A stretch of DNA of 64,000 nucleotides. Source: Azolla caroliniana. Lineage: Eukaryota > Plantae > Polypodiophyta. A program made the position numbers and the translations under genes. The stretch covers positions 35,898,001-35,962,000 of the forward strand of contig JBHGNT010000001.1 in the NCBI GenBank assembly GCA_043228905.1. Reading direction: 5' to 3'. Below, one piece after another: positions 14,101-27,501 of the stretch. The notes under the pieces were generated by a model, which did not search any database, had not been told where the DNA came from, and saw only the letters and a program-made list of their open reading frames with translations. Position 1 is the first letter of the stretch; the number at the start of each line of letters is the position of its first letter.

Positions 14101-14847
14101 TGGTCAATGTTTTAAATTGATGACAAAACCTTATGACAGTCTTTTGAATACGGAGGACACAAGCTTGTGCATCATGGAGTACACAAAAAAGAGAAAGTTG
14201 TACACATCAATCACATTTCACTATTCACATAACTTCTCATTTCATCTGATTCTTTCATGTTTAATTTCTTACATTGGCATCAATATATAATGTCTACATT
14301 TCTCGTCAGGAGGAAATGTCTTATTAGCTGTGGAGTATTTTCAACAATAACCTCCATGTCACAATGATTTTTATGCTTGAAACCCCACAAGACTGAGAAG
14401 AAAACAAACCGAAGAAAATATATATGTACTTGAGGTTTATTAGGAGGTATGATGTATGCAATGTTGACCAGAAAGATATACTAGCTCCAATTTAAATCCT
14501 TGGGAATCAGCCCACAAAAAAGGGAACTAAATGTTGCATCAAGAGGAAGACAATGTGGATTTGACCTGGAATGAGATGAATGCGGCGAGGAGCAAAGGGC
14601 TGATCCAAGTTTGGACGAGAAGGAAGTAGGCGAAGAAGATGGAGAAGAAGATGAGCAGATGCTGATGCTGTGGAAGTTCCTGATTCTGATCCTGTATACC
14701 ACCATTTCCCCCGTACCAGACAGTAGAGGTGATCGTCTGCATGAAATTGCTGTTGGAAAGAAGAAGACGGAGAAATCCTCCATACTTGCGAAGCGTCATA
14801 GCCTTCCTTGTCTGCTGCTCCTCCTCTTCGTTGTTCTCGTCGTCCAT
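8153..14847 (-). CDS. SYTF: Synaptotagmin/extended-synaptotagmin-like protein (N-terminal TM, SMP domain, 3 C2 domains, C-terminal coiled coil), SYTF/NTMC2T3 type
   Basis: Exons read by hand: 14847-14566, 13877-13803, 13687-13580, 13375-13343, 13257-13168, 12899-12774, 12690-12550, 12131-11637, 11508-11362, 11278-11066, 9629-9354, 9191-9045, 8884-~8555 (donor uncertain), 8356-8153. Motifs TPLEPCEWMN, PEVRIGLAFGGGGQSLPATELP, VVEGRNLAAKDRNGKSDPYV, LVEARDLIAADLRGTSDPFV match the recalled Arabidopsis SYTF. Start codon is less certain. Confidence 0.9.
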
Positions 14848-15989
14848 GGGCGTAGTAGTGCAAGGTCTATGACTCGCATCTGAAGAAGAAGAAGAAGAAG
14901 AAGACGGGGACCCAGAATTTTCCAAGAATTACCAGAATGCCCTTTTCAACGCCGACGACAGGGGGGGAGGGTAGTCTCGTAAATACCCAAATCTTCAAAG
15001 GTGCATTGTATGCATGTATATCATCTGCCTCCTTGAACAATAAATATAACCTTTTGCCTGCTTGATTCTTGTGTCACGGAGACTTGAGATACATGTTTTT
15101 CACCACCACAAATAGACCCATATATATTATTATCGGGTGGAACGCATGACAAATATTGCACTTCCGATATAAATCCAATAACCACTAAGATTGAGTCCGA
15201 GCTACATCTCCCACATTTATGATGTCTCCCAAACGAAACAAGTGATTAAATCATGAGAGCAAGTGCTTGTTTCCATGCCAACATAGCAATCAGGAAGACA
15301 AAGCAACTCCTTTTTGCACGGAATTGCAAATGCATTTTGATCATTTGGGAAAAATACGAGGGTCATCAATTGTGCTTGAAAAGGTTTACGAGAGGAGGAT
15401 TTGGGACATTGTAATAAATTTGGAAAAGTGAGAGCATAAGCTATGACAAAATAGAAACCCCGTAGCAGAGGACGATTCATGCTCAACATACACCAAAGGC
15501 GTCTTGACACACATCGACACATCCACAAGTGTGTTTTGATAATTTTGGGAAATCAGAGGGCAAACTGTCACAACAAAAAAAGACATAGCAAAGGATGGAT
15601 GATTCACGAGCAATGTTCACGAATGCTCCTCTCCTCTCCACGCAAAGAAAGAGACGTGGGCATGAGGGCAATTCCGGAAGGCGCTAGAGAGGGGAAGAAG
15701 GCAATCACAATAGACAAAGTGCTTGCTCTACATACAGACTACGAGTTTCTTTGTTCCAGGTCCCAAAAGCTTCTTTCTTTTCTCACGGAAGAAGGCAAGA
15801 CACACACAAAACGTGAGGGCATCTTCGAAAATGCGGAGGAGGGTATTCTGGTCATTTTGGAAAACTGGTGGTGGTGGCACTGGTAATCCATGGCATTATA
15901 AAAACCCTAGCAGAGCAGAATTCGTGGCTGGCGTTCGCTAAAGCTTCTCCGCTCGCTCGCACATTCACACACACACACACACACACACA

Positions 15990-18900
15990 ATGGCCATGGC
16001 CATCACGAGCTCTCGGCCCTTGTTCTGTGGATTCCCAAAAGCTTCCATCCCCTCTGATTGCGTCGCGAACCCTGTCTCCTCTTACAGTGGTGCCCAATAC
16101 AGGTAATGTCTTCTTCTTACTGTCTTCTTTCATAGCTTTGATTTCTGGAAGCTATATAATATCATTAGTTCTGAAACTTCCTTCTTCCTCCTAGTAAATT
16201 GCCCTTTTTTATTTGATTGCCCAAGTGTATCGATAATAACACGCTTTCTTCAAGCTTTCCTTTTTCTTTTCCCTTTTTCTTGATGAAGTTTTAGCTCTCT
16301 GGAGAGACATTCGTTATATCCTTCCTTGTTAGTTAGTAGATATGGGGAACACTCCTTTGCGAAATGTCAAATTTTGTTGGTTTCAAGAGCCTTGTGTGGA
16401 CGAGAACCATCTAATTTTTGAACATAATTGCTTCCTTGATGTTCTTCCACATGGGGTACATAAGTTTTGACAGCTTTATGTGAACGAGAAAAGGCTTTCC
16501 TGCTTGTCATGACCATCTAATGTTCGAAAATATTTGCTCCCTTGATGTGATTCCCCCAGCAATAATTAATGCCAAAATGCGTTCAGAACAGTTTTCTTTT
16601 CATGTTTGAGCTTTGGTCATATGTTACGTGGTGCTTCAACAAAATTGAAATTTGAAGCTAATGTGCCAACTTTTGAGAAAAACACACTAGCGTTCTTCCT
16701 CTTTCCTATATTCTTTCAATGCGTAAAGAACAGAGTTTCTGCACGCATTTTTGTTCCTTTTTTTCTCCTTTGTTATTTGAGCTCAGGTGCAAACACGTAT
16801 GACATTGATTTCATATGTTTCCATGAATTGTTATTTCAACTGATGTATATCCTTGTTTATTCAGCTTCAGGACAAGAGAGAAAACAGTGAATTCTTTGTC
16901 CAGTGAATTTGTTTTACCAAACTCTCTGAGGTCTGTTCTGTTTATTGCAAAGAAAAGACAGCAGAGGTGTATGAGACTAAATGTGATGGCCGGTGCGGTA
17001 AGTCTTCTCACTATTTAGAATCATGCTATTAAAGGACATTATTTTGGACAGAAATTTTTAACTCATATTTTTGTCACACGATTTCCCAAGCGAATGTGCT
17101 AGTTAACATGTATATGTTGATGGCACTTATGGTAGTACACATAGTTTTACAGGATAATATTAAACTGAATGGATTTATTTACTCATGAGATTACAGTGCT
17201 TGATCTGTTTAGTGGCATTTATCTGCCCATGCAAGTAACTTTCTTCATGTCCAAAATCTTCACTTATTTTTGCAAAGGAGTAGATAGTTTATAATGTCCA
17301 ATAATGGTGTCTGACTAAGTGGATAACGTCAAGGTCTATAGCCATGGGTTCAAACGTAGTAAGTCCATTACTGGTTGGGGTATATCTCACTAGAGTTCGT
17401 TATCTTACTCAAGAGAATGCATCTATATACAATTTCTCTAAAATCAACAATTTACAAATTCACTTTCAGGTTTGGAAACCATGATATTTTTCTCTTTAGG
17501 AGTATGTAAACTGAAAGATCCCAGATTCCTATTGAAAATTGGCCGCATACATTCCCTTTCTACAACCCAAGTGTTGCAACTATAACATAGGCCTTTTTAG
17601 AGAACACTAATAGTACAAATGCATATGGTAAGCTTTTGTAATCAGTTAAAAAACTTCACTAGAAACAAGAAATAAGGGTGTATATGTGTGTAAGAGAGAG
17701 GGAGAGAAAGAGGTCGAAGATGTAGTTGAGACTCCAACTCAGAGAGTTGTGGACATTTTTGGGTCATGATGATCATTATGCAGCCTGCCCAATGAAGGGT
17801 TTGTTTGGCAGCAGCTACAGAATATAGCATTGATATAGAGTCCCTTATATATACAAACGGAAGAGCAGTCATGGGTTCTTTGGCATTTCCGGGGTCATAC
17901 TCTGTTTTTGCAAGTGACTGCTAATCTCTTGTACAATTGCTCCATTGGGTCTCTTTGATGGGTATCAGCTAAGGCTGAACAAGAATGGAAGGCACATAAA
18001 ACTAAAGAGAGATGATGGATTTATTTGGCAGCAGCCACAGAGTATGAACATTAATTTAGGGTCCTTTATGTATATAAAAGAGCAATCATGGGTTGATTGG
18101 CATTTATGGGATCATACCCCTTTTTTACAAGGGACTACTAATCTCTTCTACCATTGCTCCATTGGTTCTCTTCATTGGCTATCATCTGAGGTGGCAGCTG
18201 CCACAAAGTATTAGCATTGATGTATGGTCCTTTATGTATATAAAAGAGCAATCATGGGTTGATTGGCATTTACGGGATCATACCCCTTTTTTATAAGGTA
18301 CTACTAATCTCTTCTACCATTGCTCCATTGAGTCTCTTCATTGGCTATCATCTGAGGTGGCAGCAACCACACAGTATTAACATTGATGTAATGTCCTTTA
18401 TGTATATAAAAGAGCAATCATGGGTTGATTGGCATTTACGGGATCATACCCCTTTTTTACAAAGGACTACTAATCTCTTCTACCATTGTTCCATTGACTC
18501 TCTTCATTGGCTATCATCTGAGGTGGCAGCAGCCACACGGTATTAACATTGATGTAGGGTCCTTTACGTATATAAAAGAGCAATGGCATTTACGGGATCG
18601 TACCCCTTTTTTACAAGGGATTACTAATCGCTTCTACCATTGCTCCATGGAGTCTCTTCATTGGCTATCATCTTAGGCTGAACAAGAATGGACGGTACGT
18701 AAAACTGAAGAATAATCATGGGTTGATTGGTTTTTACAAAGTCATACTCCATTTTAACAAGTGACTATGGAGCGGAGAGAGGTATATCTTTTTAACGTCT
18801 GTGAGAGAATGATTGCGATTTGTGGGGTGGGCCTAACCTGTCGCTAAGATTGGTCTTGTGGTCTCTCAATTTTATGGCATTGATGCTATGATGTAAACCA

Positions 18901-20820
18901 TGGAGCCAATAGCCACAAAGATAGAGAGAGAGAGAGAGAGAGATAAATTATATTATCGTCTTCAAAAATATTGCATTTCACATGATACGTGTGAAAGTGA
19001 GTAATGTCTCTCGATGTTCAAGAACTTTACCAATAAATGTTGCAATTGAGAGTGCACATTGTGGTTGTGATAAATTCGTGCAAGGATTGGGCTCGGTCGA
19101 AGAGATGTGGAAAGCATGGTCGAATATGATCAAAGGCAAAGCATTGTATGAAAGTGTGATACTCAGACTCGTGAACTTGTTTAGGGCGGAGTGTGCATAG
19201 CCGATCACTGTCATCACTTGTGCCCCAATGCCTTGTCTCACATCGCAGTACAGGTGAACTAAGTTGCATGGAAGCAATGGTTCAAATGGCAGATAACGAG
19301 ATGGGCTCTAACATGTGTAGTATAATGTGTGAAGCGTGAGCCTCCACCTTTGTCCCATGTCATGATACATTGGCGTTGCAAAAAGGCCTCATTTATAGAG
19401 GAATCTAGTGATGCATCATGAAGAAAGTGTCTCGCATCTTATCTATCAAACCATTTTTCTATAAATTTTTCTAGCAAGTGTCTCATTTATAGAGGAATCT
19501 AGTGATGCATCATGAAGCAAGTGTCTTGCATCCAATCAGAACACAAAATTTTGCTTTTATGCGTCTTTTGAATCTTTTTGCTTGCTTCCCATGCAATTCT
19601 AGGAAGTTGATGTGAGGGAGTTTTTTGAACCTTAAGCATGCGTCTTTTTTGAGGGACTTCTCCATGGCCATGATCTCAATGGGAAGCGATCCCGTCTCAA
19701 GGAGGAGGCTGTAGGGCGTTTGTTTCTTAACTTTGTCAACCTTTGTTTTCTTTCCTTCGTTGTGCCTTGCCCGCAAGAAATCAACCATCATCTTTGACAT
19801 AATCTCTTCTTCATCTGTCTTTGTCCTCCCCTACTGCTCTTTCATGTCAAGTTCACCAATGTCACCAAGTTTTGCGTGCGTGTTTCGCTCGAACGGGACC
19901 GCTTGGGTCTTGGACCAGGGAGACACAAGGGGTGAGGAAGTGGGAGATTAAGACAAAGACATGGGGAAATATACATCAGTTTTGATATAAATTAGGGTTT
20001 TTGTTTTTATTTTTTACAATTGTTAGGCTTGACACCACGATTTCGGTGGTTAATACAATAATCGGTTATAAATCAACCGAAGGGGCTAAAATAAACCGGC
20101 GAAGGCGAGTCTAGTGGGCTCCGAGGCTGACTACTTCTGACGGCTATGTTGCCTCGATTCGGAGTAGCTCTCGTGCCACTACAACCTCCCTTACGCCACT
20201 GGGTACCGAGTTGACTACCACCGAGATGCCGAAGAAGCCATTGTGGAAGGAATCCAAGCCCTAAAATATCTCGAGTAAGAAGTAGAATACTCGAAGCAAA
20301 ATTCTCAAACCGTAAAATCCTAAATCCTCTAGTATGTTGAGGAGAAAAGAAGAAGCTCTCGAACCCTAACCCTAGAAGGAAAAGAAGAAGGAAAAAGGAA
20401 AAGAAGATTAAACCCTAGTGGTACACCCCTAAGACAAAATGGGTGACCCCCAAATAAGCCCTATCCCTCCTCTCTTATAGAGGAAAGAGGAGCTTATTTG
20501 AACATTACATGGTTTTTTTTCCTTATCACAAAAATGGAAGGGGAGCAAAATACTCCTTGATTTGTAGGAAGAGAGACTCAAACCACTAAGCTACTACAAG
20601 TTACTTATTATTATTATTATTATTTCTATTTATACATTATTTCATGAGATGTGCGTGGAACCTCGCTTTTTCTCACACTACACACGCCACACCACGACAT
20701 CCACCCCCACCAAACCGCACATCCTCCGGCATGAGCCAAAGAAAAGTGATGTGGTGAGGCCAAATGCATAGACAAGTCGTGAAGAGTTAAGTCACCATAA
20801 CTCTCAACACGTTTCCCCTT

Positions 20821-20864
<44 letters not shown>

Positions 20865-22511
20865 TTGAACTTGGATCCCAAGTCATTTTATTTGCTTGTC
20901 TCCATTTGAAACTCTGTCGTTTGTGCTTTTATAGGACTACTACAGTGTATTGGGAGTATCTAAGAGTGCCAGTAAGTCAGATATCAAGACTGGTAAATAA
21001 CCTTTTTTATTTTTTCGAGTTTTCAACCTGATCAATTTCATTTGATATGACTGTGCCAGAATCTATCTCTTTTTTGTACATTCTTAAACATTGCGTTTCA
21101 TTGAAATTGTGCAGCTTACAGAAAATTAGCAAGGCAGTATCATCCAGATGTGAACAAGTCTGTCCTCGACCTTAAAATGACATGCTTCACTTGAAAGTTG
21201 AACATATATTCTGAAGAATTTTCCCTATTGTTACTTTTTCTAATGTTTGGTATGCTATGATGCAGGGAGCCAGAAGCGGAGGCAAAGTTCAAGGAAATCA
21301 GCAATGCTTATGAGGTACATTATGAAGTGTGAAGATTATGAGTGTGCTGTTTTCTAATGACAGATTTAGTTCCCTTCATCGCTCGCAGTGCGGTTTATGA
21401 CCCTTTTTCTTTGTAGTTGATTTATGTAACCTATTTTGCTACCTCATTATTTGATATGCTCTTTATTGTACATTTTAAAACAGGTATTGTCTGATGATGA
21501 GAAACGTCCAATATATGACCAATATGGAGAGGCTGGTTTGAAAGGTGCTGGTGCCGGTGGAGCAGTAAGAAGCAATTTATTATGTTGACTTGGTTTTTTA
21601 TTTCTTTTTCCTACAAAATAATGTACTTGGAATCATATTTCTTGTTTTGACAGGGCTACTCCAATCCCTTTGATCTCTTTGAAACATTCTTTGGGGGTAT
21701 GGGTGGAGGTATGGGTGGCATGGGTGGGCGATCGGCAAGAAACCGCCCTGTTCAGGGTGCAGATGAACTGTATGAGTTACGAATTGGCTTCTTAGAGGCA
21801 TGCTTCGGTACGACAAAAGAGATTGATGTGTCAAGGTTAGAAACCTGTGGTACTTGTGATGGTTCAGGTGTGAAACCGGGCACATCACCGAAAACTTGTA
21901 CTAAATGTGGTGGGCAAGGGCAGGTGGTGACCACGGCACGCACACCTCTCGGTGATTTCCGCCAGATCAGCACATGCCCCGCCTGTGGTGGTTCAGGGGA
22001 GGTATCAACTCCATGCTCAACATGTCGAGGTGATGGACGTGAACGAAAAAAGAAGACCATAAGTCTCAAAGTTCCTGCCGGTGTGGACTCTGGTAGTCGC
22101 CTCAGGGTGCGGTCAGAAGGTAATGCTGGTAAAAGGGGTGGCCCTCCTGGCGACCTCTATGTCTCCATTTCTGTTCAGCCCGACCCAAAGCTGAACCGGG
22201 ATGGGAATAACATCCTAACAACGTGCAGAGTTTCCTATCTCGATGCTATCTTGGGGACTTCTAAGAAGGTACCCACTGTGGATGGTGACACAGAGCTGAA
22301 AATTCCTGCTGGGACCCAACCAGGAACAACTCTTGTAATGTCTAAAAAAGGTGTGCCTTTGCTTGGAAAGCCTAGTCTTCGTGGTGATCAGCTAGTTCGT
22401 GTCGAGGTGGAAATCCCGAAATATTTAAGTAATGAAGAAAGGAAACTTATAGACCAATTGGCAGACTTGAAGAAAGTTAAAACTACAAATGCAAATGCAA
22501 ATGCAAGATAA
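15990..22511 (+). CDS. dnaJ: Class A (type I) DnaJ/Hsp40 chaperone, probably chloroplast-targeted (DJA5/DJA6-like)
   Basis: Exons 15990-16102 and 16865-16997 (transit-peptide-like), 20935-20992 ([10 protein letters not shown]), 21115-21157 (YHPDVN), 21266-21314, 21484-21564, 21654-22511. J domain with HPD, G/F region, four CxxCxGxG repeats and the C-terminal domain are all present; GT-AG junctions keep frame. Confidence 0.93.
17807..18767. repeat. Intronic 166-bp tandem repeat (4 close copies plus a diverged and a partial copy)
   Basis: Units beginning GGCAGC at 18027, 18193, 18359, 18525 (period 166), diverged copy at 17807 and partial at ~18716-18767. The repetition also shows as repeated peptides in the ORF track. 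Confidence 0.9.
18920..19110 (+). repeat. Dispersed repeat, second copy at ~31203-31410
   Basis: Shared sequence aaaatatt.catttcacatgatac.tgtgaaagtgagta.tg.ctctcgatgttcaagaactttaccaat...aaattcgtgcaaggattggg, each copy preceded by a GA/GATA microsatellite. Confidence 0.75.
19440..19730 (-). mobile_element. Degenerate non-LTR retrotransposon 3' fragment in DnaJ intron 2
   Basis: Translation [20 protein letters not shown] resembles the post-RT region of LINE ORF2; frameshifted, no RT core. Confidence 0.45.
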
Positions 22512-25500
22512 GGTATCTGCCTATTTTTCTTTCATGTTCACTCCATGATTTTGCTACAAACGCTATTAAAAAGCTAACGTATTATTTTCAGCTCTTTGCA
22601 GGACATAAAGCTTCATCAAAATTTGTTCCATTTATGATTGAAAAAGGGGTTGCCACTATATAATACTAAAGTTCTCATACCAAAGCTAATTTATTGTATT
22701 ATTTCACGCATTCCCGTGAGTCTGATGCAATCAAGAAAATTTTTATTATCAGCAAGCATCTAGAAATAGAGGAAAAGGGTGCCAGAGTGTATCATATAGG
22801 TTTTCTTGGGTATTTAGTTATTTGCCCATGTGGTATTCCTATGGCTGGTGGGTTTGTGTTTTTTGTAAGGAGTTTAGGTCAGGTGTTACTGTGAGTTTCT
22901 GAACATGGAGCCATTATTACTATTTTTTTCCATGGTCTGCTTGATATCATACGGGAGCACCCCTTTTGTATTAGAAAATACATTTATGTTTTCTATATTT
23001 ATGACAAGTTTGTTTCTCTATATTTTTGCTTATGTTGGCAGAAGTGAGCTCCAGCTATTTCCATTCTTGACGTAAATTCATGTCTGTAAAATTGTGAGTT
23101 TTAATCAAGAGGAGAATTTGAGCAATGCATTCATGCAAATTTTTCTTTTCCACTTCGTTTGGTTTTGTATTAGAGAATACATTTAGGCTTTCTATATTTG
23201 TGAAATGTTCATTTTCTATCCTTGTGCCTATTTTGGCGGAAGTGAGCTCCACCTATTTCATTCTTAATGTTAGTGAACAAATTTTCATTTCTGCATAAGC
23301 TATTAGTTTCTATCAAGATCACAGCAATGCCAGCATGTGACTCTTTCTTTTCCATCTTTTTTGGTCTCAAGACTTGTAGATCCAAGCAATCACTCTATCA
23401 AAATCTAATGATTGTGATCAATTATGTAATCTATATATTGTATTGCCATAGGAAATTGGAACGTATAATCTACTGAAAGCCTTGTTGCTGCATTAAAGTT
23501 ATATAATAGGCCAAGAAGAATAGTCTTTTCTTTTGTTAGTTGCAGAACTAAAAAGATTGTATTTCTTTGCCCTTTTACACTATTTAACCACACTCTATTG
23601 CTGATAGGAAAAGCTTAACAATTATTGTCCTGATCAATGAAAATTTATTGTTTGGAGAATGTATTGACTGCAATGGTATCATCTCATGCATATGATTGTG
23701 TTTGGCTTTCTAGATTTGAGATGTTTTGATAGCCACCATAGTTCTTTCCATAGTTTCACACATTTTGTCTCCTTTCCATCATCATTCAAAGGAGTTAGCA
23801 CACATTGATTGTCGAAGGGTGTGTGGTCAAAGGTTTATTCCATGAGGAAGCCTATGTGAAAATCTAGTTGAGGACATAGTGTTGATTGCCTAAGCCTAGG
23901 AGCCTATGATGGTATCATATTCTCCATGGCTATGTGAAATTCTAATTGATGATGTAGATCATAATGTTAACTGCCTAAGTCTAGGAATTATGTCAATCTA
24001 CTAGTTTGAACTGTAGTTGTTTAAAAACACAAAGCAACACTCTAAATACTATTTAAAATACTTGCATGTATACAAAATGTATTCTACTTGTTTGAACCAT
24101 GAACCTTTTTGAATAGTCACACATATTGTCCATTGTTTGTGGTTACTCGACTATTATCTCGTGATATGGATTTCCATACTTAAAAGGATACTTATAGGTA
24201 ACATCCACCAACTTTGCCAAGTGGTTTCCCTTTTATTTGAGGTATATTAACCATGCATATCAAAGATACTTTGCTCCATTATCATGCGTCTTCGCCTAAA
24301 TTAACATGGTTCCACAATTGATCACTAATTGCTTAATTTTCCAAGTGTTGTGAGCTCAACAAGACACCTTTTCTTTCTCCTAGCCCAAATGCTTATCTCT
24401 TAATGTTTTGGACTTCTGCATTTGACGTTTCAAAGGCTACTTCAAAACCAATATATGCTAATCTTGCAATTGATGGTAGATTTTGTTGTATTCGAGGAAT
24501 TAACAACATAATTACTAACCTCTTCGCAACTACTGGTTCCCCATCATAACAAACTCAACGTCAATGGTCCTTCAATGCGAACAAATTACCCTTTTTGTGA
24601 CCCAAGTACTTGTTTCATGATGTAGTGGATTTCCACACATGACTTGCAAAATTATTTACTACATGGAAACAAGAACATTCACATATGGATATATGATAGG
24701 CATTGGAGAAGGTATAGATTTATAAAATCATTAGGAGAATTTGAAGTGCTTGTATCATCAATTTGGTCTTTTCTTAGAGCTTGGTGGTGTTTTCAGAAAT
24801 GTAAGACATTTGCATATTTGTCATATGAAGAATATTGTTCAGTCTTCACCTTCTAATCTAAAATGAATTATTGTATGAAGTAGCGTTTCAAATCAATATA
24901 CTTGGTTTTCTTATGGACCTTGGATTTTCTACAATTGCAAAGCAACTATAGTGGTTTTTTTCTATTTACATATGTTGCCCCTTAATCAACAACCTAATTT
25001 CCTCGATAAGTTCTTTTACCCATTTTGTGACATGTTCTATTTAACATGTCACTTATACTCCACTTTCATTTAAGTCAATGAGACATTCAATTGCTTTTTT
25101 TTTGTCAAAGAAAATAATATTGGCCTTAAGGAGAAGCATAATCTAAAAGTGGACTTCTTCATATGGAACCCTCGATTGAATTGGAATCACAATATCCAAC
25201 CACATTTGTCCCTTTGTTAAGTTTAATGATATATCCAATTGTGCACTTCAATACCCTAGAGTATTACATTTCAGAAATGAGCCCCTTTCTAAGTTCTAAT
25301 TATTTGCTTAAATAAATACTTCAATGTAGAGTAGAATGTTGTCTCCTTCTTGGAGATATACCTTCAATTACTCTCCTGAGTAATCGGGTCAAGGGATGGT
25401 GGTTACGTAGGAGGGTATGATAGGGCCGAGTAGGCCGATCCGGTATACGATAGCTGGCCACAACCGGTCATTATCACTTACGATTTAAAGAATAAGTCAG

Positions 25501-27501
25501 AAACGAAAATACATATAAAGATGAACACAACACCGGGATGACCCAATTACTTATACGTATATTACTGCACGTATCGATTACAAGGCACACAATCGATAAT
25601 GTTGTTCACTCACTCTCTCTTTTCTTATAAACATAAAATAGGTATATCTCTCCACTCCCTTTCCTTCTGTTGTTCCACGATTTATATAGCCTATTCTCTC
25701 CTTGGCGCACTTCAACCACTTCCCCTAATTCACGGTCTCTATTCTCAACTACATATATTTCGTTCTACCTTCCTCGACTGTGAGTGTTCGGCTGATTCCC
25801 TTTTTATCTACTTGACCTACTCGTCTCTGTAGATTCGTTTCACACCTCGTGTCCTTTTGTCCCACGGATAACATAGAATAATTCCACCTTATAAAATATC
25901 CATCTATAAAATATTCCTTTGTCCCATGTGGCATGAAACTCCAATCGTTTGAGCTCCGCCTATTGCGTATTACCTTTTATGTTATCCAAAGAACCTTTGA
26001 CATTATGTGCCCCAATCTTTGTCGGAATCCCATAATTCATTTGGGCAGGTCTTTTAGACACAATTTGGAATACCTTCAAACATCGAGCCTTTCAAATGTG
26101 CCAAATTGTGATACTACTGACCAATTGCCATATTTAAAGTTTATCAATCTCTATTTGTGGATTCAAAGGTATAAATGTTTTTTGCATCAAAACACGTCTC
26201 ATAGCAAGAGAATCTGCAACATCCTCTTGTTCATATACCGTTGGTTTATCTTGTGCTATTGATCATAATACCGACCCCATGTATACATTACTTGAGGATA
26301 TACTAGTATTAACAGTGTTTACGACTATCGATAGTAGAATTTTTCTATTTCTGTGGGGGATGCTCCAAAGTTATTCTTTTCCATATTTCCATCACAAATT
26401 GTCTACCTTCTCTTTTCACAAACCATTAATTGGCATTGCTCTATGAACCAACAACCAACATAGACAAACAATTTTCCTACTCATTTTTATGCATCACGAT
26501 TATTTCCAAAATTGCTTGAGATATTGTGGAGAAAGTCCATTCCATCTCTAGGAAACATTTGTGGTCGGTTCTTTCCATGATCTTGCATCTTATACATTCC
26601 TAACCGTCTTCACAAAATATTGAAAAAAAGGTACATGTTTTATTTGAGCTTGAACCCACATTTTCCAATATAATTCTCTAATATCCCAAGTTAATCAAGA
26701 TATTGGTCTCCTTTCCATAATCTAAATCCTGCAAAATGAAATCACCTTTGTGGATACGGATCTAAGAACCAATTTGATCCATATTTGTGATCACCCTCTC
26801 TTCTTTATTCAAACTAAAACTACACAAATCAGGTTTTGTATGTGTGAAAGTTAACCTACTATCATATTGCACATCAGAGGTCATAAAAGCTTCTTCTCCG
26901 TTATAAGGTTTTAGTATAATTAAAATCTCCAATGGAGTAAATAAACCTATCCACATATGTGTAGTAGGTCCAAATTGCATCAAAATATTAGAGAGAGTGG
27001 CTTGTATCATAGAATACATTGTCTTTCTGTCTCTTATCTTATTAAGCATTATCATTCTTTGGTTTATAGATGTAGACAGAAATGTTGTCCAAGCAAGCAA
27101 CTATAGATTGTGCTAGTCCTCAATATAATTCTGCATGTGCGTTAATATGATTAATTTTTCACATATTTTAATTAATTATACCTCATGTGAGTTAAATGCT
27201 TAATTGTTGACTACTCTTTGTTTGATAGAGAGAGGGATTAGATTTTTCAGTCACCCATGGGGAGGCAAAAATTGACCTATAGAGCAAAATAAACATATTT
27301 TGTAAATGAGCCATTGAAGAGGTGCTATTACTCTCTAGTAAACACTATAGAACAATAATGCAAATACATTTGCGCTCAGCCATCTCAGTGGAGATTTGAA
27401 TATGAAACTTAAATTATCATGTATGTCTAACAAGTGATCGTACTTCTCATGATTTATATTATGTGTTGCGCATCCAAGAAGTGATATGCATTCTCCACTA
27501 G

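Noticed and set aside
20021-20598. Possible solo LTR (TGT...ACA) in DnaJ intron 2
   Set aside because: LTR-like composition, but flanks (ACAAT/AGTTA) do not form a TSD and no partner is present.
25377-25945. CpG-richer LTR-like segment within degenerate AT-rich DNA; similar case at ~43240-44095
   Set aside because: Termini and TSD could not be established; family not recognisable.
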